Notes: generated from the letters alone by a model not told the origin. Positions 26,725-37,903 are shown, counted from the stretch's first letter. The stretch is 64,000 nucleotides of DNA from Thermoplasmatales archaeon (GCA_020350825.1 CP070724.1:1077584-1141583), one strand, 5' to 3'. Translations and numbers: made by a program.

Positions 26725-28293
26725 ATGAAAGAAATGAATAAAATTATTTTTAGAAAACATGTCACATGCATCATTGCATTAACCTTTTTGATTTTGATAT
26801 TTACCCCAACATCAATCTCTAAAGAAGAAACAAATCCAATTTTTAAAAAACCTCTTGAATTACCTGATCCTATAGAACTTGATATATCATTAGAGGAAGC
26901 AATCTGTCGTAGAATGTCAGTAAGAGAATTCACAGGAGAGGGCATCACTGATGAAGAACTATCAACGATTTTATGGCATGCCTACGGATTAACCCAAGAG
27001 GGAACTAGGAGTATCCCTGGTATAACGGATGTATATCCCATTACAATATATGTTCTTGCTGAATACGGCGTATGGCGTTACAACCCTGAGGATCATAACC
27101 TTATAAGACATCGTCGCTTAGATATGACATGGATAGGACAATACGATACAGCTACAGTTAAAATAGCATTGGTATGGGATAAATCTAAATGTGTCAATGA
27201 AAATTATGCAGGGGCAGAAATAGGGGAGATATGTCAAAACATATATTTTTCATGTAACGCACTAAATCTTGGAACAGTGACAACCGCTACTGGAGTAAAT
27301 CAAATTTATTTTATTGGTTTACCAATAAATGAAAAACCAAGAATCATTATGCCAATAGGACATCCAAAAACACCATACCAGTTCACTTACGACCCAATAA
27401 TATCGGATCAACCAAGTATTGAAAACTCAACTACCACTCTTACCGATGCAATACTCAACAGAAGTGAAACTATAGCTTGGGAAGAAACCAATATAACTCT
27501 TCAGCAGCAAACTCAGGTTATATGGTCATCCTATGGATACTCATATTTTATTGACGAAATCAACAACAAAAGACACAGAACATTACCCAGCTCATATGGC
27601 AGATATCCTTTGACAATTTATAGTGTTAACAAAACAGGAATTTATAGATATCAAACAGAATCACATCAACTAATAGAAATAAAAAAGGGGGATTATAGAG
27701 AAGAAATAGCAAATGCCTCAGAAGGTTTCATCTCCTCTGCACCTTTAATTATTATACCTGTTTTAAACATGACAGGTCAAAATGAGCAATATCTATGGGC
27801 TTGGTATTACGAGGCAGCAGCCTCAGCTTATAACGTTTTACTTGAAAGCACGGCATGGAATCTATCGTCAAATATAATACTTAACACAAACACTATGGGT
27901 TTGACATCTGTTCTTGAAATAAATCCTGAGAAATGGTTACCGATGTTTATCGTACCAGTTGGAAAACAAAAAAACATTGAAAACCAGCCGCCAAATGTAA
28001 TAATAAATCAACCTCAAAAAGGTCTATACATACTTGGAAACAAGATAGCGAACCTAAGTAGAACTTGGATAATAGGACAGTTTCAAGCAGAAGCCGTAGC
28101 AGATGATGATCAATGCTTTAAAGCTGTACATTTTTATATAGATGGAAAAGCAGTAGAATACAGCAATAATCAAACATCCAACGTTCGCCTACCAACACAG
28201 TTTCTATTAAGGAGAAAAGAATTGACAGCTATAGCTTATGATTACGAAGGAAAATCAGCAGTTGCATCTATTAAATACTTTAAAATAATCTAA
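26725..28293 (+). CDS. secreted protein with tandem nitroreductase-like (SagB/ThcOx-like) domains and a C-terminal Ig-like domain
   Basis: Signal peptide. LEEAICRRMSVREFTGEGITDEELSTILWHAYG and a second pseudo-repeat, QQTQVIWSSYGYS...RTLPSSYGRYPLTIY. Paralogue of 36531..37889. Confidence 0.7.
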   Translation: MKEMNKIIFRKHVTCIIALTFLILIFTPTSISKEETNPIFKKPLELPDPIELDISLEEAICRRMSVREFTGEGITDEELSTILWHAYGLTQEGTRSIPGITDVYPITIYVLAEYGVWRYNPEDHNLIRHRRLDMTWIGQYDTATVKIALVWDKSKCVNENYAGAEIGEICQNIYFSCNALNLGTVTTATGVNQIYFIGLPINEKPRIIMPIGHPKTPYQFTYDPIISDQPSIENSTTTLTDAILNRSETIAWEETNITLQQQTQVIWSSYGYSYFIDEINNKRHRTLPSSYGRYPLTIYSVNKTGIYRYQTESHQLIEIKKGDYREEIANASEGFISSAPLIIIPVLNMTGQNEQYLWAWYYEAAASAYNVLLESTAWNLSSNIILNTNTMGLTSVLEINPEKWLPMFIVPVGKQKNIENQPPNVIINQPQKGLYILGNKIANLSRTWIIGQFQAEAVADDDQCFKAVHFYIDGKAVEYSNNQTSNVRLPTQFLLRRKELTAIAYDYEGKSAVASIKYFKII

Positions 28294-28430
28294 AATTCTA
28301 TTATTAAAATACCTGCTAGTTAAGACATTGTTATCCAAAAAACAAACTAGAAACTTCTAATACTGTTGTTTATATTCTGAATCATTAATTAATCCAAAAC
28401 AGGTCTAATTCTTTTATGAGGGCTTAGGTA

Positions 28431-29162
28431 ATGGATAAGAAAATTTCTGAACTTAAAAAAATTATAGCAAAATCAAACAAAATTGTTGCATTCACAGGAG
28501 CAGGGTTCTCAGCTGAATCTGGTATATCTACCTTTCGTGGTACTGGTGGCCTTTGGTCAAAGTATGACCCTAACATTTATGCGAATATCAATATCTTCAT
28601 GCAGAATTCAACATATTACTGGAATTTTTTTAGAGATGAAAGGTATCCAGTAATTAAGAAAGCTAAACCCAATAATGGTCATTATGCTTTGGTTGAACTG
28701 GAGAAACGTGGGAAGATATACCGTGTAATAACCCAAAATATCGACGGATTGCACCAAGAAGCAGGACAATCTGATGTAATTGAACTTCATGGTAATACCA
28801 GAAAGATTAATTGTTTGAGTTGTAGTAAAACTTACAATATGGATGACACCTGCAAATTATTGAAAAAAGAACTGCCTCCAAAATGTTCATGTGGAGGAAA
28901 TCTAAAACCAGGTACTGTACTTTTTGGAGAACCTTTACCTCAAGGTGCACTTGATACGGCATTACTTGCCTCGAAAAACTGTGATTTATTTCTTGTATTA
29001 GGTAGCTCCCTTGTTGTGTATCCTGCAGCTTCTATGCCGATGATTGCTAAGAAAAGTGGAGCTGCTTTGGTTATTGTAAATATTGATCCAACTCCAATGG
29101 ATGACATAGCTGATTTAATCTTTCGAGAGAGTGCCTCAAAGGTTTTGTCTAAGTTGATATGA
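28431..29162 (+). CDS. cobB: NAD-dependent protein deacylase, Sir2 family
   Basis: FTGAGFSAESGISTFRG, ITQNIDGLH, ELHGN, CxxC...CSCGG zinc site, VLFGE. Confidence 0.9.
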   Translation: MDKKISELKKIIAKSNKIVAFTGAGFSAESGISTFRGTGGLWSKYDPNIYANINIFMQNSTYYWNFFRDERYPVIKKAKPNNGHYALVELEKRGKIYRVITQNIDGLHQEAGQSDVIELHGNTRKINCLSCSKTYNMDDTCKLLKKELPPKCSCGGNLKPGTVLFGEPLPQGALDTALLASKNCDLFLVLGSSLVVYPAASMPMIAKKSGAALVIVNIDPTPMDDIADLIFRESASKVLSKLI

Positions 29163-29210
29163 TGACATTGATATTTAGTAGGATATAATCATTGTATCTA
29201 TAACGATATA

Positions 29211-29876
29211 TTATATCTCTTTAATGAGTTCATTAAGAGATAAAATCCTAGCAAATCCTTTTCGCAAAACCTTCAATTCAGCATCATGCAAATCCGGGAA
29301 ATGTGCTGATGTCACATCACTTCCAAATACAACCTTAAAGCTTCTTTCAAAAGCCTGCCTTGCAGTAGTAGAACAACAATAATTGGTCAATGTTCCACAA
29401 ATAATCACCGTGTCTTTATCCATATTTTTAAGAATAGTCTCTAAAGGAGTATCATAAAACGCTCCATATGACGATTTATGAATAATAATCTCACCTTCAA
29501 TTGGAGCTAATTCATGCCAAACATGTCCTTTTACGAAAAACGAAGACTGATCAACATCAAGATCAGGAAAACGAGTAGGCATAAAAGGTAGAATTTTAGG
29601 GCGATCAAGAAAGTTATGAGTCTTAGAATAAACGGTGAAAATAACAGGTATGTTCCTCTCCCGACAATGGTCAATTAGGCTTTTGATAAGTGGAACTTGT
29701 CTTGTTGCTTCAGGTACCCAGTAAGGTGACCAGCGTGGTTTAACAAATTCATCCTGCATATCAATAACTAGTAGAGCACATTTATCTGAAATGATATCAA
29801 ACTTACCTTCTCCTGATTCATAACCTTTTTTAGCTAAATCAAGTACCAGTTTTTCAGTAAATTTTCCAACATCCAT
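29211..29876 (-). CDS. isochorismatase-family cysteine hydrolase (nicotinamidase-like)
   Basis: ALLVIDMQDEF, catalytic-region VIICGTLTNYCCSTTARQAFE. Confidence 0.75.
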   Translation of the reverse strand: MDVGKFTEKLVLDLAKKGYESGEGKFDIISDKCALLVIDMQDEFVKPRWSPYWVPEATRQVPLIKSLIDHCRERNIPVIFTVYSKTHNFLDRPKILPFMPTRFPDLDVDQSSFFVKGHVWHELAPIEGEIIIHKSSYGAFYDTPLETILKNMDKDTVIICGTLTNYCCSTTARQAFERSFKVVFGSDVTSAHFPDLHDAELKVLRKGFARILSLNELIKEI

Positions 29877-29958
29877 ATTTAACTTACAACAAATGATTTC
29901 TTAATAAAATTACTAATAAAAACTCAAATCAGGAATGGCTGATTAGATCAAAAACTTG

Positions 29959-31866
29959 TTAAGTATTACTAGATAATTTTTGTTTCAACCTGTTTATTTT
30001 ATCCCTAAGAAAGATCGCCTTCTCAAAATCAAGATTATCTGCTGCCTCTCTCATTTCAAACTCAAGCAAAACAATCATCTTTGGAATGTCTTCTCTTGGG
30101 ATATGTTTTATATCCTTTACCTCAACAATTTTTTCTTTAATCGGCTTGACAACAGTCTTTGGAACAATGTTATGTAATTTATTATACTCAAGTTGAATGT
30201 TTCTTCGCCGGTTTGTCTCATCAAGTGCTTGCCTAATTGATTTAGTAATACCATCTGCATACAACACAACTTTCGAATTCACATTCCGTGCTGCTCTCCC
30301 AATAATCTGAATAAGGCTCCTTGCATCACGTAGGAACCCCTCCTTATCAGCATCAAGGATACCAATAAAACCTACCTCAGGAATATCAATTCCCTCACGA
30401 AGCAGATTGATACCAACTAAAACATCAAACTCGCCTAGTCGAAGCTGCCGGATAATCTCCGATCGCTCAAGCGTTTCGATCTCTGCGTGAAGATACCGAG
30501 TTTTAATATTTTTTCCAGCAAAATAGTTAGAAAGTTCCTCAGCAAGTTTTTTTGTAAGTGTTGTAACAATTACCCTTTCCCCACGTTTCACAGTTTTATC
30601 AATTTCTTTAATCAAATCAGCTATTTGACCTTGGATACCCCGAACTTCAATTAGTGGATCAACAAGACCTGTTGGTCGAATAATCTGCTCGACAACCTGA
30701 TCAGATATCCCTAGCTCATAATCACCTGGTGTTGCTGAAACAAAAATCACATTTTTCATATACTGTGTAAATTCATCAAAGGTTAGTGGTCTATTATCAA
30801 AAGCACTAGGAAGTCGAAAACCATAATCAACCAATGCTTTCTTCCGTGAATAATCTCCGTGATTCATCCCATGAATCTGAGGAATAGTCCGATGACTCTC
30901 ATCTATAAACAATAGGAAATCCTCAGGGAAATAATCAAGCAAGCAAAATGGTTTTTCCCCAGGCTTCCTCCCGTCAAAATGTCGGGAATAGTTCTCAATA
31001 CCTTTACAATAACCCATCTCATCAATCATCTCAAGATCATAAAGCGTCCGCTGTTTCAACCGATGGGTTTCAATCATACCAAGTTTTGGTAACTGTTCTT
31101 CAAGCTCAAGCTTAATAGACTCAACAGCCCGCTTTATTTTATCCCCTGCAATGACAAAATGCTTAGCAGGATATACAAAAAATTGGTCAAATACATCAGA
31201 TGTTTCACCAGTAATCTTGTTGATCTCCCGTATTTTTTCAATCTCATCACCAAACATCTCAACTCGGATAATATTGTCATAATACCCGGGGATAAGATCA
31301 ATTGTATCACCTTTCACCCGAAACCGACCAGGTGCAAGATTAAAATCATTCCTCTCATATTGCATTTCAACAAGATGTTCAAGAATCTTTTTCCGTTCCA
31401 CATTCTGCCCTTTGCCTATTTCAAAACCAATCGTAGCAAAATCATTTGGATCACCAACACTATAAATACATGAAACAGACGCCACAACAATAACATCCTC
31501 TCTAGAGAGAAGAGATGCTGTCGCGGCAAGACGCATCTGCTCAATCTTAGGGTTGATATCGGCATCTTTTTCGATATATTGATCCTTAGAAGGAATATAC
31601 GACTCCGGCTGATAATAATCATAATATGAAACAAAATACTCCACACGGTTCTCTGGGAAAAACTCCCGGAACTCACTATACAACTGCGCGGCAAGTGTTT
31701 TATTATGAGCAAAAACAAGCGTTGGCTTCTGCACCTTTTCAATCACATTAGCCATAGTAAACGTCTTACCAGAGCCAGTAACACCAAGTAGAGTCTGACA
31801 CTGCTCACCTCGATTAAGACCTTCAACAAGTTTTTGTATCGCCTCAGGCTGCGATCCCTTAGGCAC
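29959..31866 (-). CDS. uvrB: excinuclease ABC subunit B (probably initiates upstream, at 31896)
   Basis: GSQPEAI, GVTGSGKT, DESH, C-terminal UVR motif (FEKAIFLRDKI). The in-frame upstream peptide [10 protein letters not shown] completes the conserved N-terminus. Confidence 0.95.
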   Translation of the reverse strand: MPKGSQPEAIQKLVEGLNRGEQCQTLLGVTGSGKTFTMANVIEKVQKPTLVFAHNKTLAAQLYSEFREFFPENRVEYFVSYYDYYQPESYIPSKDQYIEKDADINPKIEQMRLAATASLLSREDVIVVASVSCIYSVGDPNDFATIGFEIGKGQNVERKKILEHLVEMQYERNDFNLAPGRFRVKGDTIDLIPGYYDNIIRVEMFGDEIEKIREINKITGETSDVFDQFFVYPAKHFVIAGDKIKRAVESIKLELEEQLPKLGMIETHRLKQRTLYDLEMIDEMGYCKGIENYSRHFDGRKPGEKPFCLLDYFPEDFLLFIDESHRTIPQIHGMNHGDYSRKKALVDYGFRLPSAFDNRPLTFDEFTQYMKNVIFVSATPGDYELGISDQVVEQIIRPTGLVDPLIEVRGIQGQIADLIKEIDKTVKRGERVIVTTLTKKLAEELSNYFAGKNIKTRYLHAEIETLERSEIIRQLRLGEFDVLVGINLLREGIDIPEVGFIGILDADKEGFLRDARSLIQIIGRAARNVNSKVVLYADGITKSIRQALDETNRRRNIQLEYNKLHNIVPKTVVKPIKEKIVEVKDIKHIPREDIPKMIVLLEFEMREAADNLDFEKAIFLRDKINRLKQKLSSNT

Positions 31867-31892
31867 TAGGTCAGTGACAAGCTTGAACTTTC

Positions 31893-33443
31893 TTATGCTA
31901 TCAACTCCTTTTCACGAAGAAGCCTATTATACTTCAATGCAAAACGATGCGCCTCATCACGAATCTCCTGAATAAACCGAAGTGCTTTATCAGTTTTTAT
32001 TAGTCGCAAAGGATGAATCAATCCTGGAACAAAGATCTCTTCAAACTGTTTGGCAATAGAAACAATTGGGATTTTCACATCAAGCTTTTCAAGCTGCCTT
32101 AATGCGAAATTAAGCTGCCCTCTACCTCCATCGATTATAATAAGATTTGGAAACTCAGAATCCTCTGCTAATAAACGGGTATATCTTCGCTTAACAACCT
32201 CACTTATTGCAGCAACATCATCAATACCTTCAACTGTTCGAATGCGAAAACGACGATAGTTACTTTTATCTGGCTTCCCATTGCGAAACTGCACCATAGA
32301 ACCAACTGTTGACGTCCCAGATAAATGGGAAATATCAAAACATTCAATAACCGAAGGAGTGTCCTTAAGATTTAATCGTTTTTGAAGTGCTTCAACCTTC
32401 TCAACATCCGCAAAAAAAGATATATCAATATTTTTTGCCACTAAATCCAACAGTTGCCTTTTTGACCCTTTCAAAGGAGTGGTAAGCACTACCTTAGATC
32501 CTTTCTTAATTTTCAGAAAAGAAGAAAAAGATTCATCCATTTTATCAGGAAGAATAATTTCTTTAGGTACGGGGTATTCCGAATAATATTGAATAAGAAA
32601 CTCCTCAAGGAAATCCTCATTAAAATCAAAGACAAATTCATTCTTATTTGATAACGTACCCTTATAGATGTTAAAGAGCAATAAATAGACTTTTCCATCT
32701 TTCACCTGATAATTAATGATATCCTCATCATATTTTCTCTGTCGATCAATGTTCTGCCGTTCACTAAGATGTTCAAGTGCAGTGATTTGATTTCGCAGTT
32801 CAAGAGCTTGTTCAAACTGAGCGTTCTCTGAATGCATTTTCATCTCACGCTGCATCTGTTTTAACAGTTTTTTTCCGCTTCCTGATAAAATCAATTTTAC
32901 CTTCTCTATCCTTTCATTATATCCCTGCAAAGAAATAAGGGCAGCACACGGTGCACTACAAAGATGAATATGATACCTCAAACACGGTTTTTTTGACATA
33001 CGTTTACAGGTCCTAATCATAAACGTCTTACGTAAAAACTGTAAAATATAATCCCTTTCATGATAGGAAACAAACGGACCGTAAAAACTTCCTTTCCCCA
33101 TCTTATTTCTAGCAATAAGAAGCCTGGGATAGTCCTCAACTGTCAACTGAATATAGGCAAAATTCTTGGCATCTTTTAATCTGATATTATACCTTGGCTG
33201 GTACCGTTTAATAAGTGTGTTTTCTAGGATAAATGCCTCAACTTCAGTATCTGTTACGATACACTCTACTGAGTCAATATTCTTAACCAGACTTAGGCTT
33301 TTTATATCTAAATCATTTTTCTTTAGATAACTTGTCACCCGTTTTCGAAGATTCTTTGCCTTCCCCACATAGATTACTTTACCAAATTCATCTTTGAATT
33401 GATAGCATCCAGGGTTCTTTGGAAGATTATTCACCTCAAACAT
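31893..33443 (-). CDS. uvrC: excinuclease ABC subunit C, lacking the C-terminal (HhH)2 domain
   Basis: GIY-YIG ([26 protein letters not shown]), UVR domain, and the endonuclease domain ending at [15 protein letters not shown]. Start taken at MFEVNN (33443), overlapping the uvrA end. Confidence 0.9.
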   Translation of the reverse strand: MFEVNNLPKNPGCYQFKDEFGKVIYVGKAKNLRKRVTSYLKKNDLDIKSLSLVKNIDSVECIVTDTEVEAFILENTLIKRYQPRYNIRLKDAKNFAYIQLTVEDYPRLLIARNKMGKGSFYGPFVSYHERDYILQFLRKTFMIRTCKRMSKKPCLRYHIHLCSAPCAALISLQGYNERIEKVKLILSGSGKKLLKQMQREMKMHSENAQFEQALELRNQITALEHLSERQNIDRQRKYDEDIINYQVKDGKVYLLLFNIYKGTLSNKNEFVFDFNEDFLEEFLIQYYSEYPVPKEIILPDKMDESFSSFLKIKKGSKVVLTTPLKGSKRQLLDLVAKNIDISFFADVEKVEALQKRLNLKDTPSVIECFDISHLSGTSTVGSMVQFRNGKPDKSNYRRFRIRTVEGIDDVAAISEVVKRRYTRLLAEDSEFPNLIIIDGGRGQLNFALRQLEKLDVKIPIVSIAKQFEEIFVPGLIHPLRLIKTDKALRFIQEIRDEAHRFALKYNRLLREKELIA

Positions 33444-36249
33444 GTATCCTTTCACACACAATATTTTTTAAGATTTCACCTGTAAAACTCTCCCTATTTT
33501 GAGTAACCTCTTCAGGAGATCCAAACGCAACAACATAACCACCCATATCTCCACCTTCAGGCCCAAGATCTAAAATGTAATCCGCTGACTTAATCACTTC
33601 AAGATTATGCTCGATTACGACAACCGTGTTTCCCATCTCAACTAGGCTATTCAAAACATCAATAAGTTTCTTCACATCATGAAAATGAAGACCAGTTGTT
33701 GGCTCATCTAGCAAATACAAAGTCCTTCCAGTACTCTTCTTTGACAACTCCCGCGTAAGCTTAATCCGTTGCGCTTCACCACCCGAAAGCGTAGTCGAAC
33801 TCTGACCAAGTTTAATATAATCAAGACCCACACGTGACAACGTCTCAAATTTCCTCCTAACAAAGGGGATATGTTCAAAAAGCTCAAGTGCCTCTTCAAC
33901 ACTCATTTCTAAAACATCAGCAATCGTTTTCCCTTTATACGTAACCTCAAGAGTCTCCTTATTATAGCGTTTTCCTTTACATTCTTCACATTCGATATAG
34001 ATATCAGGTAAAAAATTCATTTCAATTTTTATCAGTCCATCCCCACTGCATGCTTCACACCGTCCACCTCTAACATTAAATGAAAACCTACCAGGTTTAT
34101 ACCCTCGAACCCGTGCCTCTGGTGTCTTAGCGAAAATCTTACGAATCTCATCAAAAACTTTTGTATAAGTAGCAGGGTTACTCCGAGGAGTCTTACCTAT
34201 GGGACTCTGATCAATCACAATGACCTTATCAATCTGTTCATCAAACTTTATAGTATCATGATCACCGGGATTAACCCGCGAATTATGCAGTTTCTTCATA
34301 AGCCCCTTATACAAAATATCATACACAAGGGTCGATTTCCCACTTCCAGAAACACCTGTAATAAGGGTAAGAACGCCAATGGGAATATCAACATCTATAT
34401 CTTTCAAGTTATGCTCACGACACCCGTGGACATGGATATACCTCTCCGATTTTCTTCTCTTATTTGGAAGAGTAATTTGCAATTCCTTTGAAAGATATTT
34501 CCCTGTAAGCGATGTCGGATGATTCTCAATTTCCTCAGGTGTCCCCTCGGCTACTATCTTCCCTCCATGAATACCTGCACCAGGTCCCATATCAATAACA
34601 TAATCAGCATGTCTTATGGTTTCCTCATCATGCTCAACAACAATCAAGGTATTTCCAAGATCCCTCAACCGATATAGCGTATTGATTAATTTCTTATTAT
34701 CACGCTGATGAAGCCCAATCGACGGTTCATCAAGAATATATATGACCCCCATCAAATTAGAACCAATCTGCGTTGCAAGTCGAATCCGTTGCGCCTCCCC
34801 TCCAGAGAGCGTCCCAGCACTCCGCGAAAGCGTTAAATAATTTAGACCAACTTTGTCAAGAAAATCCAACCTAGATCTGATTTCTTTTAGTATCTGAAAT
34901 GCAATTTCCTCTTCTTTTTTAGAAAGTGTTAACGTCTTGAAAAAAACGATACAATCTTTAATTGACATATCAGTAACATCAACAATCGATTTCTCAGCAA
35001 TCTTCACTGACAGTATCTTTTGTTTTAGTCGTTTCCCATGACACACAGGGCAGTTGGATATATTCATGAATTTTTCCATATCATATCTTCTATAATCGGA
35101 CTCTGTCTGCCTATACAATCGTTCAGATTGAGGAATGAGCCCCTCCCATGCTCCTCTCCCAGACCATTGAGAATCACCATTTTTCATAACCATGTTAAAC
35201 CTGATCATCTCAGAAGAACCATACATCAACACATTATATTGATGTTCTTTCAAATCCTTGATAGGAGTAAAAATGTCAAATCCAAAGTGTTTGGCAACCG
35301 CTCCAAGATAGTGTATCCGCCAACCATCCCTTACATTTTTATAAAGTGAAACAGCGCCATCCGCGATGGATTTTTCCATATCTGGAATAATCAGATCAGG
35401 GTCAAACTCCATCTTAATGCCTAATCCGTGGCATTCCTCACAAGCGCCAAACGGACTGTTAAAAGAAAACATCCTGGGCTGTAATTCTTCAAATACCACC
35501 CCGCATTTCGGACATGCCATCTTCGAAGAATACACAACTTCATTTCCCTCTTTATCAAGAACAATCAAAAGACCATCAGATTTCTTCAAAGCATTCTCAC
35601 ACGCTTCAACAAGCCGCGACTTATCACTAATTTTTAAACGATCAATTATAATTTCTATGTCGTGTTTTTTATACCGCTCCAACTTGATCTCTTCATCGGT
35701 TCTAAAAATCGTTTTATTCACTCGAACCCGAGTGTAGCCTTCTTTATGCAAACTTCTAAACAGTTGCTCATAAGTCCCTTTTTTCTGCCGAACAATCGGA
35801 GAAAGAATTGTAATCATCCCATCAAAGTCTTTCGAAATACTCCTTGCGATACGTTCAGGAGATTGCGGTTCAATTCTTATATCATGCGCTGGGCAATAGG
35901 GCACTCCAATTCGCGCAAAAAGCAATCGCAAATAATCATAAATCTCAGTGGTTGTAGCAACGGTACTCCGGGGGTTTCTACTTGTCGATTTCTGCTCAAT
36001 TGATATAGCTGGTGACAAACCCTCAATGCTGTCTACATCAGGTTTCTGCGTAAGCCCAAGAAACTGACGTGCATATGCAGAGAGTGACTCAACATATCTT
36101 CGTTGTCCTTCTGCATAAATCGTGTCAAAAGCTAGGGTTGACTTTCCAGATCCAGAAAGCCCAGTAATAACTATGAATTTATCTCTTGGTAGCTCAACTG
36201 TAATGTTCTTAAGATTATGTTCGCGAGCACCCTTAACGATGATCTTCAT
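33436..36249 (-). CDS. uvrA: excinuclease ABC subunit A
   Basis: [34 protein letters not shown], two ABC signatures LSGGEAQR, zinc modules. 937 aa. Confidence 0.97.
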   Translation of the reverse strand: MKIIVKGAREHNLKNITVELPRDKFIVITGLSGSGKSTLAFDTIYAEGQRRYVESLSAYARQFLGLTQKPDVDSIEGLSPAISIEQKSTSRNPRSTVATTTEIYDYLRLLFARIGVPYCPAHDIRIEPQSPERIARSISKDFDGMITILSPIVRQKKGTYEQLFRSLHKEGYTRVRVNKTIFRTDEEIKLERYKKHDIEIIIDRLKISDKSRLVEACENALKKSDGLLIVLDKEGNEVVYSSKMACPKCGVVFEELQPRMFSFNSPFGACEECHGLGIKMEFDPDLIIPDMEKSIADGAVSLYKNVRDGWRIHYLGAVAKHFGFDIFTPIKDLKEHQYNVLMYGSSEMIRFNMVMKNGDSQWSGRGAWEGLIPQSERLYRQTESDYRRYDMEKFMNISNCPVCHGKRLKQKILSVKIAEKSIVDVTDMSIKDCIVFFKTLTLSKKEEEIAFQILKEIRSRLDFLDKVGLNYLTLSRSAGTLSGGEAQRIRLATQIGSNLMGVIYILDEPSIGLHQRDNKKLINTLYRLRDLGNTLIVVEHDEETIRHADYVIDMGPGAGIHGGKIVAEGTPEEIENHPTSLTGKYLSKELQITLPNKRRKSERYIHVHGCREHNLKDIDVDIPIGVLTLITGVSGSGKSTLVYDILYKGLMKKLHNSRVNPGDHDTIKFDEQIDKVIVIDQSPIGKTPRSNPATYTKVFDEIRKIFAKTPEARVRGYKPGRFSFNVRGGRCEACSGDGLIKIEMNFLPDIYIECEECKGKRYNKETLEVTYKGKTIADVLEMSVEEALELFEHIPFVRRKFETLSRVGLDYIKLGQSSTTLSGGEAQRIKLTRELSKKSTGRTLYLLDEPTTGLHFHDVKKLIDVLNSLVEMGNTVVVIEHNLEVIKSADYILDLGPEGGDMGGYVVAFGSPEEVTQNRESFTGEILKNIVCERIHV

Positions 36250-36490
36250 ATTAAATCCCCTAAAATGTAGATACCTGATTGAAGCAGCTTTATACTCATA
36301 AGGTTTTTTTATTGATTAGATATCTACCACTCTTAGTAATTTTAATTATTTCAGAGAAGTCTTTCTATTATTTAAGCATATATGTAGGATCATTGAATAT
36401 ATTACTCCCGATGACGGTACTCACTTAAAAAGGTTTTAATCATAAAACGTGGTCTAAAAGAGGAGAAACTCTAATCACAGGATGTAAAGC

Positions 36491-36514
36491 GACTCTTAGT
36501 CTCTAATTATTGTA
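36491..36514 (+). repeat. copy of the dispersed intergenic motif
   Basis: GACTCTTAGTCTCTAATTATTGTA, preceded by TAATCATAAAAC (36437..36448) and AAACTCTAATCACAG (36467..36480). Confidence 0.65.
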
Positions 36515-36530
36515 TCCGAACTAGAGCATT

Positions 36531-37889
36531 TTACCTTCCGATTGGTACTGCAAGTATAGGTATTGTTATATCTTCATTTAATTTTAATAGATCAATGATT
36601 GCTTGTTGATCTTCGATTTCATAGATGTTTGCTTTTAGACCCCATGCAGCTGCATCTAACATAACATTATGTGCCCCAGCTCCTGCATCGTGGTACCATA
36701 TGTGTAATAAACTATCAGCTGATAAATCAGGAGATCCAGGAGGTCTAGTTTTTTCTCTATCTAAGATAAAAAGTATTATCATTGGAGCATCAGCTATACT
36801 TGGTTCTGAGCATGCATCAGCAATTGTTAGTTTGTGGTTCCCTATTTTTACAGGTTTTAAATATGTCACTATTGGAAACCCTACAAAATCCACAGGTACT
36901 GGAAAAATTTTAGTGAGGATATTTGGTTCATAGTAATAGATCGCCTTATTTTTCACTGCATAGATATCTAATGGATAGTATCCTTTTGCACTTGGTATGG
37001 TTCTATGTCTACCTTTTTGGTACTTTTCATCGCTTTTATCACGATAGAGTGAAAAACCACTAGTTGCCCATATCATCTGACTCATTTCAAATCTTGAGAT
37101 GGTGTCTCCAAATGATATCGATTCTTCTCTTTCTTCTAGGGCTGTTGATAATGTCATATTAGAATTTTTGATTCTTGGTAATAGTGAAATCCAAAATGGT
37201 CTGTATACAAAATCGTATGAATCGTAATCAGGATGTCCTATAGGCATCACTGTGAATCCCTCCTGGTTTTCGGGTATTCCAAGAGGATCTATTGCGGATG
37301 GAGTTTGCGCTGTTACAACAGATCCTAGACCTAAGGCGTTTGTCATAAATTGAATGTTCTGATCTATCATACCAATCTCTGCACCAGCTAAGTTACGATC
37401 TATCTTATTCGTGTCGTAACACATTCCTAGTTGGACAGGAGCATAATATTGCCATCCTACTATGTCTCGCCAGTCTCCTGCTTTATAAAATACTAGTGAA
37501 TGATTATCAGGGTCGTATGTATATGCTGCGTCTTCTTTTAGTACATAAATAACTGCGCCATTTATGCCTCCTACCCCAGGGACTGTACTTGTATTGTCTT
37601 CTCGTAAACCATATGCCGCCCATAATATTGTTGAGAGTTCTTCATCTGTCACTGGATCTTCTGTAAAGTTTCGTACTGATTTTCTCCTGAAAATTGATTC
37701 TTCAAGTACCATATCAGTTGTTATTGGTGGCGGTAAAGGGTAATCTAGATTTGTTGTTTTAGGATCTTTTGTTATTTTTGAGGTATGGCTTATTTTAATT
37801 GATGGTGAAATTGTAGTTCCAAGAGCCGGTGAAATGGCAACGCTACAAAAGATGATAACTATGGTTAGAGCTACTGCTTTTTTATACAT
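36531..37889 (-). CDS. secreted protein with tandem nitroreductase-like (SagB/ThcOx-like) domains
   Basis: Signal peptide. LEESIFRRKSVRNFTEDPVTDEELSTILWAAYG. Second half EMSQMIWATSGFS...RTIPSAKGYYPLDIY. Confidence 0.7.
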   Translation of the reverse strand: MYKKAVALTIVIIFCSVAISPALGTTISPSIKISHTSKITKDPKTTNLDYPLPPPITTDMVLEESIFRRKSVRNFTEDPVTDEELSTILWAAYGLREDNTSTVPGVGGINGAVIYVLKEDAAYTYDPDNHSLVFYKAGDWRDIVGWQYYAPVQLGMCYDTNKIDRNLAGAEIGMIDQNIQFMTNALGLGSVVTAQTPSAIDPLGIPENQEGFTVMPIGHPDYDSYDFVYRPFWISLLPRIKNSNMTLSTALEEREESISFGDTISRFEMSQMIWATSGFSLYRDKSDEKYQKGRHRTIPSAKGYYPLDIYAVKNKAIYYYEPNILTKIFPVPVDFVGFPIVTYLKPVKIGNHKLTIADACSEPSIADAPMIILFILDREKTRPPGSPDLSADSLLHIWYHDAGAGAHNVMLDAAAWGLKANIYEIEDQQAIIDLLKLNEDITIPILAVPIGR

Positions 37890-37903
37890 TAAATTTCTTT
37901 TCG

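Noticed and set aside
24307-26948. ORFs 24307..24660, 25156..25407, 25392..25718, 26116..26460, 26512..26760 and 26703..26948.
   Set aside because: They are antisense or out-of-frame overlaps of the well-supported nuclease, archaemetzincin, phosphatase, DUF429 and nitroreductase-like genes.
29980-36003. Eleven short ORFs inside uvrB, uvrC and uvrA (for example 31159..31473, 31416..31742, 34258..34491, 35038..35349, 35366..35737 and 35662..36003).
   Set aside because: They are embedded in three unambiguous excinuclease genes and are typical shadow ORFs.
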